Below are positions 27,798 to 38,095 of a stretch of 64,000 bases of DNA, in pieces (positions within the stretch are counted from its first letter, which is position 1; each line of letters begins with the position of its first letter). The stretch is from Gemmatimonadota bacterium (GTDB taxonomy: Bacteria > Gemmatimonadota > Gemmatimonadetes > Longimicrobiales > Gaopeijiaceae): contig JAXHMG010000003.1 in the NCBI GenBank assembly GCA_034521595.1, positions 2,720,001 to 2,784,000 on the forward strand. The letters are read 5' to 3'. Under the pieces are notes generated by a model. It worked only from the letters and a program-made list of their open reading frames with translations, had not been told where the DNA came from and searched no databases. The translations under genes were made by a program, and so were the position numbers.

Positions 27798-28439
27798 ATG
27801 CGACGTAACCAGATGATCCCCACGCTCCTGCTGACCGCGGTGGTCGCGGCCTGCGGCGGGGGCGAAGACATGGCCGAGCACGAGGCGGATCAGGAAGCGG
27901 AGATGGCCGCGGCGCCGGCCACGGAGACGGCCGCCGGATGCTTCCTTCAGGGAGCGACGATCGAGGAGGCGGGGGAGCGCCCGAGCCCGCTGCACACCAC
28001 CGAGCTCTCGGTCGGTGGCACGGAAGGGACCCTCTGTTACGGTGCGCCTTCGGCGCGTGACCGGGAGGTCATGGGTGGGCTCGTGCCGTACGGCGAGCTC
28101 TGGCGGACCGGCGCGAACGAAGCGACGGCCATCCACCTCGAAGGCCCGGCGGTCATCGGTGGGATCGAGCTGGACGCGGGGAGCTACTCCCTCTACACGA
28201 TGCCGAACGAAGGCGAATGGGAGGTCTTCCTCAACTCGTCTGTCGAGCGGTGGGGCATTCCGATCTCCGACGAGGTCCGCGAGACCGAGATCGGCAGCTT
28301 CACGGTGACGCCGGAAGCCACCGACGGAATGGTCGAGACGCTGGATTTCTCGTTCGAGTCGAGCGGCGAGGCCTCCGCTGAGCTCGTGATGGAGTGGGAG
28401 AACACGCGCATCCGGATCCCCGTCGAAGCCGGGATGTAG
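27798..28439 (+). CDS. DUF2911 domain lipoprotein
   Basis: AGGAG RBS; lipobox AAC; PSP, Y.APSAR.R...GGLVPYG..WRTGANEAT. Confidence 0.85.
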   Translation: MRRNQMIPTLLLTAVVAACGGGEDMAEHEADQEAEMAAAPATETAAGCFLQGATIEEAGERPSPLHTTELSVGGTEGTLCYGAPSARDREVMGGLVPYGELWRTGANEATAIHLEGPAVIGGIELDAGSYSLYTMPNEGEWEVFLNSSVERWGIPISDEVRETEIGSFTVTPEATDGMVETLDFSFESSGEASAELVMEWENTRIRIPVEAGM

Positions 28440-28467
28440 CAGCCCGAGAACCCGAACGGGCGGGAAC

Positions 28468-28503
28468 GGCCCCGGCTCCGGACACTGCTCCGGGGTCGGG
28501 GCC
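28468..28503. terminator. Hairpin between convergent genes
   Basis: GGCCCCGGCTCCGGA-cactgc-TCCGGGGTCGGGGCC. Confidence 0.6.
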
Positions 28504-28532
28504 TTCGCGTTCCGTACGGAGGCGCGACGACC

Positions 28533-29519
28533 TCACACGTATGGCTCGTCCGTGGCCAGGTATCCGGTCACGTAGTCCCGCACCCCCTCTTCCACGCTTC
28601 GGAACGGGCGGTCGTAGCCGGCGGCTCGGAGTCGGCCCATCTCCGCCTGGGTGAAGTACTGGTACCGGTCCCGGATCTCCTCCGGGATGTCGATCCACCG
28701 CACGTCGAGCGGACGCTCGACCGCGTCGTAGAGCGCGGTCATGAGCTCGAGCCACGTCTGGGCGCGGCCGGTGCCGACGTTGAACAGCCCGGAGACCTCC
28801 GGATGCTCCAACAGCCAGAGCATCACGTCCACGCAGTCGTCGACGTACACGAAGTCCCGCATCTGTCCGCCATCGGGATAGTCGGGATCGTGCGACCGGA
28901 AGAGCGTTGCCCGGTCGCCGCGCGCCGCACCCGGATACGCCTTGGCCACCAGACTCCGCATGTCGCCTTTGTGGTACTCGTTCGGCCCGTAGACGTTGAA
29001 GAACTTGAGGCCGACCCACTGCGGAGGCGTCGCCCCCCCGGATTCCACCTCGCGCGCGACCCACCGATCGAAGAGATGCTTGCTCCACCCGTACGCGTTG
29101 AGGGGAAGGAGGCGGGCGAGCGCTTCCGAGCTCCCGTCGTCGTCGAACCCGGCCGATCCGTCGCCGTACGTCGCCGCGGAGGACGCGTAGAGGAACGGCA
29201 CCTCGTGCCTCGCACACCACCGCCACAACCGTTGTGAGAGGCGGACGTTCGTCTCGACGATCAGGTCCGCGTCGGTCTCCGTCGTCGAAGATATCGCACC
29301 CATGTGCACGACGTGCTCGATCTCGGCCGCCCTCCGATCGAGGAAGGCATCCAGGGCGCCGGGATCCACGAGCTCGTCGAGCGCCCTCCGCCTGAGGTTC
29401 TTCCACTTGTCCTCCGTACCCAGTCGGTCGACCACACTGACGGAGCCGAGCGCCGCGCGCTCCAGCCCGGCGACCAGGTTGGACCCGATGAAGCCGGCTC
29501 CTCCCGTGACGACGATCAT
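28533..29519 (-). CDS. hldD: ADP-L-glycero-D-manno-heptose 6-epimerase
   Basis: TGGAGFIGSN, GAISSTTE, YASSAATYG, PLNAYGWSK, FFNVYGPNEYHKGDM.S, YQYFTQA. Confidence 0.93.
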   Translation of the reverse strand: MIVVTGGAGFIGSNLVAGLERAALGSVSVVDRLGTEDKWKNLRRRALDELVDPGALDAFLDRRAAEIEHVVHMGAISSTTETDADLIVETNVRLSQRLWRWCARHEVPFLYASSAATYGDGSAGFDDDGSSEALARLLPLNAYGWSKHLFDRWVAREVESGGATPPQWVGLKFFNVYGPNEYHKGDMRSLVAKAYPGAARGDRATLFRSHDPDYPDGGQMRDFVYVDDCVDVMLWLLEHPEVSGLFNVGTGRAQTWLELMTALYDAVERPLDVRWIDIPEEIRDRYQYFTQAEMGRLRAAGYDRPFRSVEEGVRDYVTGYLATDEPYV

Positions 29520-30559
29520 GCCGACGCCCCTCCTCCCTTCATGACCACGGTGCGAATCGGGAACGGAATCTCGATGCCTTCCAGATTGTAGCGGCGGTGA
29601 AGGTGCTTGATGAACTCGTGGCGGACGCGCCCTCTCGCCCGGAGCTCGGTCACGAGCATCCGCACCTCGAAGTTGATGCTCGAATCGCCGAACTCACGAA
29701 AGAGGATCTTCGACTCCTCGCCACGGACCCCACCGTCCACCGAATCGACCACCTCCTTGGCGACCTCGCGCGTCACCCGTTCCACGTGCTCCAGATCGCT
29801 GTCGTAGGCGACGCCGACCATGACGCTGATCCAGAGCGCCGTCTCCGGGTAGCTGAAGTTCTTCACGATCGAGTTCGCGAGCACCGAGTTGGGCACCACG
29901 ACCAGGTTCCCGTCGGGAAAGGTGTCGATGGTCGTGTTGCGAGCCTTCACGTCGGTGACCCACCCCTCCTCCCCGGTGGAGAGCGCCACGAAATCCCCCT
30001 GCCGAACCTGTCGGGAAAAAATGATCTGCATGCCTGCGAACAGGTTCCCCAGCGTGTCCTGCAGGGCGAGGGCGACCGCCAAACCGCCGATGCCCAGGGC
30101 GGTGATGAGCGGCGTGATGTTGATCCCCAGGTTCTGAAGGATGATGAACACACCGAGCATCCCGACCGCGATGCGGGCGAGGTTCACCACCAGCGTCGGA
30201 GACTTGAGCGTCTCGGGACTGCTGTCCGACATGATCCGTACGGCACCGCCGGCCGCGCGCATCCCCGCCACCACCGCGGAGCCGATCACCACCACCGTGA
30301 GCACCGTTCGAATCGTCGAGGCCAACGTCTCGTCCACCGTGCCCACGTTGCCCGCGAAGTAGACACCGGCGGAAGCGAGCCACACGGTGGGCAGGCCTTT
30401 GATGGCGCTCACGATCAGGGAGTCCCAGCGGTACCGCGTCCGTAGAATGATGCGGCGGATCCGCTCCACGAGCACACGCTCGACGAGCAATCCGAGGAGC
30501 ACGCCTCCCACGATCAGGACGGTTCGCTGCACCCAAGGCTCTTGCAGGAACTCACTCAT
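29516..30559 (-). CDS. MscS family mechanosensitive channel
   Basis: LGIGGLAVALALQDTLGNLFAG, VVPNS, GVAYDSD, GIEIPFP. Confidence 0.92.
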   Translation of the reverse strand: MSEFLQEPWVQRTVLIVGGVLLGLLVERVLVERIRRIILRTRYRWDSLIVSAIKGLPTVWLASAGVYFAGNVGTVDETLASTIRTVLTVVVIGSAVVAGMRAAGGAVRIMSDSSPETLKSPTLVVNLARIAVGMLGVFIILQNLGINITPLITALGIGGLAVALALQDTLGNLFAGMQIIFSRQVRQGDFVALSTGEEGWVTDVKARNTTIDTFPDGNLVVVPNSVLANSIVKNFSYPETALWISVMVGVAYDSDLEHVERVTREVAKEVVDSVDGGVRGEESKILFREFGDSSINFEVRMLVTELRARGRVRHEFIKHLHRRYNLEGIEIPFPIRTVVMKGGGASA

Positions 30560-30580
30560 GAAGCCCTCCGCGATGGGTAG

Positions 30581-31378
30581 TCACCGGTTCTCGCTCGACC
30601 CGTGCGGGTCGCGCGGAGGGAAGGGGACGAAGGAAGACGTCCGCCGCACGTACGCCGCGTAATCCGGTCGCCGCGCTTCCATGCCCTCCTCGAGAAGCGT
30701 AACGCCGGATACAGCGACGAGCAGATACGTCATGAGCACGGGAGCGAACACGGTCCAGGCTCCTCCGGCACCGACGGCGATGACGTATGCGCCCCACCAG
30801 AGAACGGCGTTCCCGAAATAATTCGGGTGTCTGGAATACCGCCAGAGACCTTCATCGAGCACCCGCCCCCGGTTCTCCGGTCGAGCTTTGAACGCTTCGA
30901 GCTGCCGGTCGGCGACCGCTTCGAGCGTCAGCCCGAGCAGAAAGAGGAACCCGCCCGTCAGATCCCAGGGGCCGAGGGGACCCGACCCGGTCACGGCGGC
31001 GAAGAGCGGCGCGGAAACCAACCACAAGAGAAGGGCCTGAAGCCAGAACACGGTCACCAGGCTCACGTAGGAAAAGCGGGGTCCGCCCGCCTCACGCATG
31101 GCTGCGTACCGGCGATCCTCGCCGGAGTGGAGCGCTCGACGCAACAGGTGTCCACCGAGCCGCGCCGCCCAGAGAGCGACGAGCGCGACCACGAGCCAAC
31201 TTCGCGGCGTCGGCTCAGGCGCCAGCACGAGGTACGTCACCGTGACCAACAGGAAGCCGGGCGCCCAGAACGGATCGACGATGCTGACGTCTTCGAGCGC
31301 GAGGCTCACCAGCCAGAGCAGGGTCATGGCGAGCAACACCACGCCCAGTCCGGCGAGAGCGATGCCGAGGTTTTCCAT
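30581..31378 (-). CDS. DUF1295 / steroid 5-alpha-reductase-like membrane protein
   Basis: SIVD.FW, GEDRRY, ADRQL..FK, GLWRYSRHPNYFG, Y..Y...TSSF.P. Confidence 0.88.
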   Translation of the reverse strand: MENLGIALAGLGVVLLAMTLLWLVSLALEDVSIVDPFWAPGFLLVTVTYLVLAPEPTPRSWLVVALVALWAARLGGHLLRRALHSGEDRRYAAMREAGGPRFSYVSLVTVFWLQALLLWLVSAPLFAAVTGSGPLGPWDLTGGFLFLLGLTLEAVADRQLEAFKARPENRGRVLDEGLWRYSRHPNYFGNAVLWWGAYVIAVGAGGAWTVFAPVLMTYLLVAVSGVTLLEEGMEARRPDYAAYVRRTSSFVPFPPRDPHGSSENR

Positions 31379-31620
31379 CCGCGCCTCCGAGAATCGAGGT
31401 CCGTGAAGATACCACACACCCGCCTCGCGCAACTCCACCTTGCGTGCACATCACGGCCGCCTACTCTGAGATTTCGAGAAACCGCCGCTCTCCGACCTCC
31501 AGGATTCATGCACGCCTTTCCGGCCCTCGCGCTCCTGCTCTGCACGCTCGCCCACCTTTCCCTCGGTGCCCGAGCGGGAGGACAACCCGCCGGTACGCTC
31601 CCCAGGCGGGCGTTGAGCCG

Positions 31621-33903
31621 ATGAGCTCCGAATGGCTGCGCGCAGGGCTCGCTTTGGTTGTTGCTTCGGTACTGATCGCACCCTCCGTCACGGCCCAAAG
31701 CCCTGCGGATCGTCGTACGGATGCCTTGGATCGGGGGGTGAGCGCGCCCGAAGCCACGGGAATCGTCGACCTCCCGAGACTGACGGGACCCGTCACGCTC
31801 GACGGCATGCCCGACGAGGCTGCGTGGGACCGGGTCGAACCACTGCCTCTTACCATGTATCAACCCACCTTCCGGGGAGAGAGCGATCGAGAGATCGAGT
31901 TGCTCGTCGCCTACGACGACGACGCGATCTATGTGGCCGGTCGACTCTACCACGACGATCCATCACGCATCGGGGCGTTCTCGTTCACCCGTGACCGGTA
32001 CGGCGGGGACGACGGGATCGCCGTCGCGATCGACACCTTCAACGACAACGAGAACGCCCTGCGGTTTACCGGCCTCCCACTCGGTGCTCGAATGGACCAC
32101 GCGATCGAGGGCGACGGCCAGACTCCGGGTCCTGGGAACGTGTCGTGGAACACCTTCTGGGACTTCCGGACGCGCATCACCGACGAGGGCTGGTTCGGCG
32201 AGATGCGGATACCGTTCTCGAGCCTGCGCTTCGAGACCGAACCGGACGGGTCGGTCGTGATGGGCCTCCTGGGCTTCGTCTACGAGAGCCAGGGCGATAG
32301 GCGTTGGACTTACCCGGCGATGGACTCCAGCGCACCGTACGCGCGCCCTTCGGCGTTCCAGGATGTGCGCCTCGTGGACGTCGTACCGCGCAACCCCGTC
32401 TATGTCAGTCCGTACGCGCTCACGGGCGCCGAGCGGACGCAAGAGCTGACGGCCGAAGAGGACGCGTTCACGCCGGTGGACGAAACCAACTTCGAGCTCG
32501 GTGGGGACGTGAAGCTCACGCCGACGCCGAATTTCACCATCGACCTCACGCTCAACACCGACTTCGCCGCGGTCGAAGCGGATCAGCAGCAGGTGAACCT
32601 GACGCGTTTCTCGCTGTTCTTCGAAGAGAAGCGGCCCTTCTTCCAGGAGCGTGCCGGCATCTTCGACTTCAGCACCGGCACGGATCGGGGAACCCTCTTT
32701 TACTCCAGGCGCATCGGGTTGGTCGACGGAGCACCCGTCCGCATCCTCGGCGGAGCTCGCGCCGTCGGACGCGTCGGCGGGTGGGATCTCGGCCTCATCG
32801 AAATGCAGACCGCCGGATCCGGGGAACGGCCCGGCGAAAACTTCGGCGTGCTGCGGACCCGTCGGCAGGTACTGAACCCCAACTCCTTCGTGGGGCTGAT
32901 GGCGACGAGCCGTCTCGACGACCGGGGGCGGTACAATGTCTCGTACGGCGTGGACGGCTCGTTCAGGGTCGTGGGAGACGAATACCTGACGGTGAAGTGG
33001 CTTCAGACCTTCCAAGGGGGCGACGAGGTCCGTGACGCCGCGGCAAGCGGCTTGGACGCGGGCCGCGTGGTTTTCGACTGGACCCGACGCAGGCTCGGCG
33101 GGCTCAGCTACCAACTCGCGGCGACTTGGTCGGGCGCGGGGTACGACCCGGCCGTCGGCTTCGAGCCTCGGAGCGACTTCACGCGCGGGCAGGCCGACCT
33201 GAACTACGTGTGGCTCCCGAGTGCCTCTTCGGCTTTCCGCAGAGTCTGGATCGGTTCGGAGAACAGCGTTTGGGTCCGCAACTCCGACGACAGGATCGAC
33301 ACCGGGACCCTACAGCCGTTCGTACAAGTCGAAGGGAAGTCCGGCGTCACCTTCAAGGCATCCGCCAACACTCGCTACGAGGACGTGACCTCCGCGTTTC
33401 CCTTGTCCGACGACGTCCTGGTTCCGTCGGGTCGTTACTGGGCAATCGAGGGCATCGCCGAGATGCGCGCGGCCCGAGCCTGGCCCATACGCCCGAACGT
33501 GACGCTGACCGCGGGAGAGTTTTTCGACGGACACCGCATCGGGCTCACCTCGGACGTGACGTGGCCGGCCAGCCGCCATCTCGAGGTGGTAGCCGGATGG
33601 GAATGGAACCGCATCCGCTTCGACGAACGGAGTCAGGTGTTCGACGCGAACCTGGTGCGCCTCACCCTGCGCGGAGCGCTCGACACCCACCTCTCGGCCG
33701 ATATGTTCGGGCAGTACAATTCCGTCACCCGACGAATCACGACCAACACGCGGGTCCGCTACAACTTCCGCGAGGGTCAGGACCTCTGGCTCGTCTGGAA
33801 CGAAGGCCTGAACACGGCGCGAGACCGGGCCGGGACGCCGCGGCTCCCACTCGAGGAAGCACGTACCCTCACGGTCAAATACACGCACACGTTCATCTTC
33901 TGA
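31621..33903 (+). CDS. CBM9-like + DUF5916 outer-membrane protein
   Basis: Signal peptide; LDG.PDE..W, EMRIPFSSLRF, NTDFA.VEAD...VNLTRF.LFF.EKRPFF, LFYSRRIG; terminal F. Confidence 0.85.
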   Translation: MSSEWLRAGLALVVASVLIAPSVTAQSPADRRTDALDRGVSAPEATGIVDLPRLTGPVTLDGMPDEAAWDRVEPLPLTMYQPTFRGESDREIELLVAYDDDAIYVAGRLYHDDPSRIGAFSFTRDRYGGDDGIAVAIDTFNDNENALRFTGLPLGARMDHAIEGDGQTPGPGNVSWNTFWDFRTRITDEGWFGEMRIPFSSLRFETEPDGSVVMGLLGFVYESQGDRRWTYPAMDSSAPYARPSAFQDVRLVDVVPRNPVYVSPYALTGAERTQELTAEEDAFTPVDETNFELGGDVKLTPTPNFTIDLTLNTDFAAVEADQQQVNLTRFSLFFEEKRPFFQERAGIFDFSTGTDRGTLFYSRRIGLVDGAPVRILGGARAVGRVGGWDLGLIEMQTAGSGERPGENFGVLRTRRQVLNPNSFVGLMATSRLDDRGRYNVSYGVDGSFRVVGDEYLTVKWLQTFQGGDEVRDAAASGLDAGRVVFDWTRRRLGGLSYQLAATWSGAGYDPAVGFEPRSDFTRGQADLNYVWLPSASSAFRRVWIGSENSVWVRNSDDRIDTGTLQPFVQVEGKSGVTFKASANTRYEDVTSAFPLSDDVLVPSGRYWAIEGIAEMRAARAWPIRPNVTLTAGEFFDGHRIGLTSDVTWPASRHLEVVAGWEWNRIRFDERSQVFDANLVRLTLRGALDTHLSADMFGQYNSVTRRITTNTRVRYNFREGQDLWLVWNEGLNTARDRAGTPRLPLEEARTLTVKYTHTFIF

Positions 33904-33929
33904 TTCCGCGCGCGCCTTCGGGGCTACGT

Positions 33930-35426
33930 CTACGTACCCGGTGAGGGCGTCTTGGACGCCTCGGTCGCTTCGCGCGCCACCGCCTCCACCAGGTCGCTGA
34001 AGATGAGCGCGTGCATCGGGTAGAGCCCGTACCAGTACAGCCATCCCGTGAAGCCGGTCGGGGCGAAATACGCGGTCTGGACGAGCTCCGTGCTCCCCTC
34101 CCCGGGGATGGCTTCGAACTGAAGCCAGGCGCGTCCGGGCACCTTCATCTCCGCCCTGAGACGCAGGAGGGTATAGGGCTTCCACTCCTCCACACGCCAG
34201 AAATCGACGGCTTCTCCCGGATAGAGGTCCACGGGGTGCCGTCGCCCCCGCCGTAACCCCGGGCCACCCACGAGCTGATCCAGCAAGCCCCGAAGCTCCC
34301 ACGCCCATCGCCACACCAGCCATCCGCGCGAGCCCCCCAGACTCGAGAAGGTCCGGAAGACGTCCTCCTGAGAGGCCTCGACCCTGCGCGTGCGGACCTC
34401 GCGGATCACACCTTCACGGTCCTCGAGCCGGACCCCGGGCGTCATGTCCCCCCCGCTCACCGTCCACCTCGTCGCCACCTCTCCCGTTCGCGTACGCTCG
34501 AGCGCCCTCGTCACGGCTTCCTCGTAGGACATCGGCACGATGTCCGGGAAAAGCTCACGTGCTCGCGTGGTGCTCCCGACCACCGGATAGACGATGCCCT
34601 CGATCAGGGGCACAGCCAGGGCATTCGGGATCGGCGTGACGAGCCCCACCCACAAAGCCGCGAGCCTCGGCGCCAGGACCGGCACGGGCACGATCAGGCG
34701 CGGCAGGCCCCGGACGTGCGCGTACCCCTCCATCATCGCCTTGAAGCTCAGGGGATCCGTGCCGATGTCGATGGCCCCGAGCGCATCCTCGCGACCCACC
34801 GCCGCGACCAGGTACGAAAGGGCGTCCCGAATCGCGATCGGACGGACGTCGTTCTGAATCCAGCGCGGAGCGACCATCGCCGGGAGGCGCTCGGTGAGGT
34901 AGCGCACCATCTCGAACGAAGCCGACCCCCCTCCGATGACGGGCCCCGCGCGGAACTCGGTCGTCGGGAGTCCCTCCCGGAGGATGCGGCCGATCTCGCC
35001 CCTGCTTCCCAGGTGCGCGGAGGTGGTCTCTCCCGGGCCCCGCTCCGGCAGTATTCCGCCGAGATAGATCACCTGCCGCAGCCCGCCTCCGGCTTCGACG
35101 AAGTTGTGGGCCGCACGCCGGTCCCGATCCTCGAAGTCCTCGCCGGACGCCATGGAGTGGACGAGGTAATAGGCGACGTCCACACCGGCGAGCGCCGAAC
35201 GCAGCGACTCGGGCTCGAGGAGGTCCCCCTGGACGATCTCGACCGACTCGGCCCATGGGCGGGCTTCGGCGCGCCGAGGATCGCGGGCCATCACGCGCAC
35301 GTCGTAACCGGCCGCGAGAAGACGCTCGACGAGCCGTCCGCCGATATATCCGGTCGCTCCCGTGACGAGTACCTTCAGAGCACGCTCACCGACCGGTGCC
35401 TCCGACCACGGCCAGGGGCACGTCAC
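33930..35426 (-). CDS. Atypical SDR (YbjT-like) with DUF2867 domain
   Basis: VTGATGYIGGRL, YYLVHSM, GSASFEM, G...DFWRVE, LRAEMKVPG.AWL; start uncertain (possibly near 35378). Confidence 0.88.
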   Translation of the reverse strand: MTCPWPWSEAPVGERALKVLVTGATGYIGGRLVERLLAAGYDVRVMARDPRRAEARPWAESVEIVQGDLLEPESLRSALAGVDVAYYLVHSMASGEDFEDRDRRAAHNFVEAGGGLRQVIYLGGILPERGPGETTSAHLGSRGEIGRILREGLPTTEFRAGPVIGGGSASFEMVRYLTERLPAMVAPRWIQNDVRPIAIRDALSYLVAAVGREDALGAIDIGTDPLSFKAMMEGYAHVRGLPRLIVPVPVLAPRLAALWVGLVTPIPNALAVPLIEGIVYPVVGSTTRARELFPDIVPMSYEEAVTRALERTRTGEVATRWTVSGGDMTPGVRLEDREGVIREVRTRRVEASQEDVFRTFSSLGGSRGWLVWRWAWELRGLLDQLVGGPGLRRGRRHPVDLYPGEAVDFWRVEEWKPYTLLRLRAEMKVPGRAWLQFEAIPGEGSTELVQTAYFAPTGFTGWLYWYGLYPMHALIFSDLVEAVAREATEASKTPSPGT

Positions 35427-37170
35427 CGAGCCCGCTTCTCTGCGGATTCTGCCGACCCCGGGTCTCGGAGCGGACGTTTCGCTCGACGTGGTCGAACGCC
35501 TCGACGAACGTCACGATGCCGTCTCCGTTTCGGTCACCCGAGCCTCGCAACCCGTCCAGAAGGAAGTGGGTGAACACACCGTGTCCGCCCCAGCGTGCAT
35601 CCTCGAGGCTGAGCTCGTTGGTGTCGGCCGCGGTCATCATCAGACGCCGCGACGGAGTGAACAATCCCTGGAAGCTCCCGGCGATGGCGTTCCCCTGAGC
35701 CCCTCCGAGCGCGTCCCCGTCGGCCGTGCCCGCGGAATGGCACGCATCGGCGATCACGATCACCCGCTCGGCGGCGATGTGCCTGCGCAAGGCGGTCTTC
35801 ACGTCCCACATCGGAAAGCCGCTCGCGGCCAGCGCATCCAGGTCGGCGTCGCTCGGCAGGAGGTAGAGGTTGTCGGGCCGTCCGGGGTCGGGCGCGCCGT
35901 GGCCGGCGAAGTATATGACCACCAGGTCGTCGAAATCGGCCTGTTGGAGGAAGACGAAAAGCGCCTCACGCATGGCCGCTCCGGTCGCCTCTTCGTCTTC
36001 GAGATACAGCACCTCGTCGAACGGCCCCGCGGCGTCGCTCTCGAGGAACTCGCGCATCGCCCGGGCATCGGCCGGTGCGTACGGAAGGTCGGGGATGTCC
36101 GACGCGCCGTAGTCCCCCACGCCGATGACCACGGCCCAGCGCTTGTCGATGCGGGGCGCGGCGAGCGTCGAAGTCGTCGCTCCGCCGGAGCTCCGCGCCA
36201 CGATCGAGACCGTGTCACGGCTGATGGGAAGGGTGAGCTCCCGGGCGAACCGGCGGCTGTCCGTGCCCTCGAGGCCCATGCGAGATGCTTCGTCACTCCC
36301 GAGGGGCTCGATCAGGGCGGGTTGACCGTCGACCTCGACGGTCGCCGCGTCACCGACCACCACGCCCTCCAGCCGTACCAGGTTCCGGACGTCGGAGCGC
36401 TCCCGATCACCACGCTTCACCACGCCAATGCCACGGCTCACGGCACCGTCGGCGGGCAGCACATCGGCTCGCGTCACCGCCAACCCGGGCGCTCCGGACT
36501 CGGATGCCGTCCGCACTCCCGACTCGATCGATCCCGGGTCAGGAGCCCAGTACGCCTCTTCCTGCCACGCGCGCGCTTCCCAATCGTTCACGATGGGCCC
36601 GACGAAGCGCGTGATCGCGTCCTGCGTGGCCTCGCGCACGGCGAGTGCGCGGGCGGCCTGATCCGTCGCCTCCAGGGCCCGCGCGTCCGCCACCGCGTCC
36701 GCCACGACTTCCCCACGGTCGAGCCGCAGGGCCCGGACCGAGACCTCCGTGGTGGCCGTGACCAACGTCCCGCTCACGGGATCCGGGCGGGTAGCATGAT
36801 CGGCCACCCCCAGGACCAGGAGCTGCGCGCCCCAATCCCGTCCGAGCCGGGTGGCGGCTCCATCGTCCCCCGCCGTCGCCCGGGCCACCAGCTCCCGCGA
36901 CGCTTCGTCGATCGCGAGCGCGGGGTCGATCACCGGGAAGCCCGCTTCCCTGAGGAAGGCCGTCATCTCGCGCGAGGCGACTTTCCCGCGCCCTTCCTCC
37001 TCGATGAAGACCAGCGTCCGCGGAAGCTCCCCTTCGAACGCGATCTCCTGAGCTCCGGCCCCTGCCGGGTCGTAGCCCGTGGCCACCAAGAGCGCCACGA
37101 CGGCGCCGGCGACCACGCGGTGCGCCGGTGTCCGAGCCGCTCCCACGACATGCTTGATCGAGCGTCTCAT
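35386..37170 (-). CDS. Exported caspase-family (C14) protease with N-terminal CsgG/TolB_N-like and Ig-like domains
   Basis: Signal peptide ending AGA-Q; WAVVIGVGDY, YFAGHG, IADACHS, HGVFT.FLL.GL.G..D.NGDG.VT. Confidence 0.87.
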   Translation of the reverse strand: MRRSIKHVVGAARTPAHRVVAGAVVALLVATGYDPAGAGAQEIAFEGELPRTLVFIEEEGRGKVASREMTAFLREAGFPVIDPALAIDEASRELVARATAGDDGAATRLGRDWGAQLLVLGVADHATRPDPVSGTLVTATTEVSVRALRLDRGEVVADAVADARALEATDQAARALAVREATQDAITRFVGPIVNDWEARAWQEEAYWAPDPGSIESGVRTASESGAPGLAVTRADVLPADGAVSRGIGVVKRGDRERSDVRNLVRLEGVVVGDAATVEVDGQPALIEPLGSDEASRMGLEGTDSRRFARELTLPISRDTVSIVARSSGGATTSTLAAPRIDKRWAVVIGVGDYGASDIPDLPYAPADARAMREFLESDAAGPFDEVLYLEDEEATGAAMREALFVFLQQADFDDLVVIYFAGHGAPDPGRPDNLYLLPSDADLDALAASGFPMWDVKTALRRHIAAERVIVIADACHSAGTADGDALGGAQGNAIAGSFQGLFTPSRRLMMTAADTNELSLEDARWGGHGVFTHFLLDGLRGSGDRNGDGIVTFVEAFDHVERNVRSETRGRQNPQRSGLGDVPLAVVGGTGR

Positions 37171-37880
37171 CGGGCGCCTCCTCCCAGTCGTTCGAGCGCC
37201 TTCCGCGCACCGGGATGGCGCGGATGGATCTCGAGCGCCGCTTCGTAGTGTTCGATGGCTCGCTCCACGTCGCCGCGATCTTCGAAGTCCACCGCGCGGC
37301 TGAACTCGATCGTCGCCGCGACCGGAATCGGCTCGATCTCGGGGCGACTCGACGCCGGCACGAGGTCGAGCTCCGAGCCGAACTCGTCCGCCATCTCGAC
37401 GACCACGCCGAGAAGTGCTTCGGTGCGGTCATTCTTCTTCATGACGGCCACGATCTCGGACGTCTCCACGTCCACCGCCCGGATGTCCATGCGAAGGTCC
37501 TCGACGACGCTGCTCACCTGCCCGTGCAACACGTACCGGACACCCAGCAACTGGCCGATCTCGATCGCGCTGGACTCGTCCAGCCGTCCGGAAAGCGCCA
37601 GATCCTGCTCGCGGAGCATGTCGCGGATCTCGGCCCGCTCCACCACCTGGATGCCTTCGCGCCCGCTGAATTCGGTCACGAGCATCGCGGTGACGGCTTT
37701 TCCGAGATTCACTTGAGCCTCCGCGCCGGCCCCCATCATGAAGCCCGTGAAATCCATGACCGCCACCGTCGGAACATCGTCCTGCGCCTCGACCGCCGAA
37801 GCGGTGGAGCCGTAGGAGGCTCCCGCCAAGGCGAGGGCTGCGAGAAGCATCGGCATACGCGTCGTGAGCGGTGCGGGCAT
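37167..37880 (-). CDS. CsgG/HfaB (TolB_N-fold) protein with C-terminal TPR
   Basis: Signal peptide; TVAVMDF, VVER.EI...L.EQ.L, AIEIGQLLG..Y, RAVDVETSEI; TPR at end. Confidence 0.82.
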   Translation of the reverse strand: MPAPLTTRMPMLLAALALAGASYGSTASAVEAQDDVPTVAVMDFTGFMMGAGAEAQVNLGKAVTAMLVTEFSGREGIQVVERAEIRDMLREQDLALSGRLDESSAIEIGQLLGVRYVLHGQVSSVVEDLRMDIRAVDVETSEIVAVMKKNDRTEALLGVVVEMADEFGSELDLVPASSRPEIEPIPVAATIEFSRAVDFEDRGDVERAIEHYEAALEIHPRHPGARKALERLGGGAR

Positions 37881-37981
37881 GAGCGTTCCATCTGAATGTC
37901 ACGTTCCGAGTGACCCGGCGACGTCCGCACGCCGCGGGTCCGGGAGCCGTCGAGCACGACCCGTCTCGATTCCGGGGGTTT

Positions 37982-38010
37982 TTGCCGCCGTACGGGCCGG
38001 AACCTATAAT
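37982..38010 (+). promoter_or_regulatory. Sigma70-type promoter
   Basis: TTGCCG-N17-TATAAT upstream of the 38096 gene; unusual AT-rich match in GC-rich DNA. Confidence 0.65.
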
Positions 38011-38095
38011 TTACGGACGCTCGCGGGGGGATGCGAGGAATTTGCACCACCCCGAACTCGATCCGCAGGCCTGTCACGCCCGAGAGAACCCCGCC

